Source: Pocillopora damicornis
Lineage: Eukaryota
Direction: 5' to 3'
DNA length: 64,000 nucleotides
Assembly (NCBI RefSeq): GCF_003704095.1
Contig: NW_020845701.1
Location: 248,001-312,000, forward strand
Notes under the pieces: generated by a model
Told to the model about the DNA's origin: nothing
The model's input: the letters and a program-made list of their open reading frames with translations, nothing else
Database searches by the model: none
Program-made: the position numbers and the translations under genes
Shown here: one piece after another, positions 62,303 through 64,000 of the stretch
How the letters are laid out: every line of letters starts with the position of its first letter
Numbering within the stretch: the stretch's first letter is position 1

Positions 62303-63171
62303 CTTAGATCTCGCTTAATAAAAAGCGAGCAGTTCCTCCTTTTCACCGAAGTTTGTCGCCTGAGTCAAAAATATAAGTGACAGAATCAACATCAGCTGGC
62401 GTCGCAGAACTGTGATAGTAAGACTCACTACCTTCGTGCGCCTCACTTCCAGAGTTCAGCGCGAACCGCTATCTTCAATTTTTTACCCCCTTTTTTTTTT
62501 TTTAGTCGCACGATGGACTTCGGCTGAAAAGTAGAGACTGCTTGTTGTCTGGCTTAGGAAATACCACTGAACGTTTTATTTTTGACGCTTTGAATCAGTG
62601 TTGGACTTGGGTCGCAAAGCAATAATTGTATTGTAAAAATATACTAATGAGTCTACCATGCGCTGAAAGTGTTTTCGTGTTTTAAGTATCGGAGGCTGTT
62701 TGATATTAGAAACTGTTTCGAAAAAAGCGAGACAAAAAAAACTCAGAAGAATATCAAGGCAAGAAACTAAAGCATTGTGTCAACAGTTTCTTGTCACTTA
62801 ATAAGATATTGTCCATGTATTAGAGGAACCGCATACGACACAAAAGGAGTATTTAGCTCAATGTCAATTCTAACATATGATGGCTTTTCATAGTTACTTG
62901 AAAAAGGTTTGCTTTCAGATAAATATTTTATAGTCTTCCATAACGAGAAGGGCATCATTGTAATGAAAATGTACAGTCGCTGGTTTTAAACGGGGCTTTT
63001 TGAGAAAAAAAGTATTTCATAAATACTGAGATTTACACTGTGAAGTATACTATCATTCGTGTCTCTGATTGGACAAACGGTGTATTTTCACTGTCGTTCG
63101 TTTCTTATAGTACTTCACGGAGTAAATCTCAGTATGTATGAAATAAAAACATTATACCTTTGACAATTTTT

Positions 63172-63256
63172 GTTCACTCGTTGCGATGCATCAAAAAAAC
63201 TCACTTGTTTGCTGCGCTCACTCTTTCGTTTTTATGATGCATTGCAACTGGTGAAT
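63172..63256. repeat. Imperfect inverted repeat (MITE core)
   Basis: ttcactcgttgcgatgcatcaaaaaaac / gtttttatgatgcattgcaactggtgaa. Confidence 0.55.
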
Positions 63257-64000
63257 AAAGATCGTTCGTGCGCACTTTCCACGGGATAATCTCTATTTAT
63301 TCTAGACAAACCAGGAAGACGAGCAATATCGGTTTAGGCAGAAAGTTCGAGTATAGATTTATGTTTATGGAATGCGTGTTTAAGATAGAACTTTTCATCG
63401 GCATTTTAAGCCATATAATAGACTTTTAAGGCTTTCCATTGAGGTTCCCGAGTTTGCCACCAACAGATGACTAGCTTCGATACACTTTGTTGACGTCAGC
63501 ATTTTTGATGAGCCCCGTTTTCGATCTCAATCACTTTGGATATGAGGTCTAAACACTGAAAACGATTGAAGGAGCTGTGGAGAGGGCGCCTCTGACTTAA
63601 GATTCGTAAGTACAGCGTACTAAACGCGAGATCTGTTGTATCAAGTATTCTACATTGCATCTTGACGCCACTTAAAATAACACGTCTTCCCGGCCAGTAA
63701 GTGTAAAAAATGTTATCAATATTGATTTCAAGAGCGCCACTACAGCCCTATATCATTTACTTAGTATCGGTGTTCTCATGTGGTGGAATTTTTTGGACTT
63801 ATATCTGAATGGCAAAATTACCAGCTCGATGATAACAATATTGATTGAATTCCTCCTATTTCGGATTGAAAGTTACCTTTTTACATGTCGACAACTTTCA
63901 TAAATTTTTACGGTGGAAAATAGAAGAGGGTATGTTAAAGAGACGTTTCCTTGTTTATGGCTTTTGGACATACAAGTTAGATTTTTCGACACATCTCTGA

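Overview
AT-rich, intron-containing animal genomic DNA. The repeat landscape and gene content suggest a cnidarian, probably a scleractinian coral (inference). There are four N-gaps. Spliced genes reconstructed by hand from GT-AG boundaries: a PKA inhibitor (PKI) head-to-head with NAPRT; HMGCL (11 short exons, absent from the ORF track); STAM; PAQR4 head-to-head with a divergent CMC1 paralogue, followed by canonical CMC1. The two strongest candidates for something undescribed are (1) a 3-exon, probably membrane-anchored gene whose middle exon encodes an HNH/His-Me-finger motif resembling bacterial Rhs/polymorphic-toxin nuclease tips, and (2) a five-copy family of secreted ~230-260 aa beta-rich proteins of unknown function (signal exon, Cys micro-exon, single domain exon), four copies clustered beside the HNH gene, with a gene-conversion tract. 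Introns and intergenic DNA carry TTAA MITEs, nested and hairpin MITEs, tRNA-type SINEs, an hAT remnant and Penelope-like repeats with degenerate hammerhead motifs.
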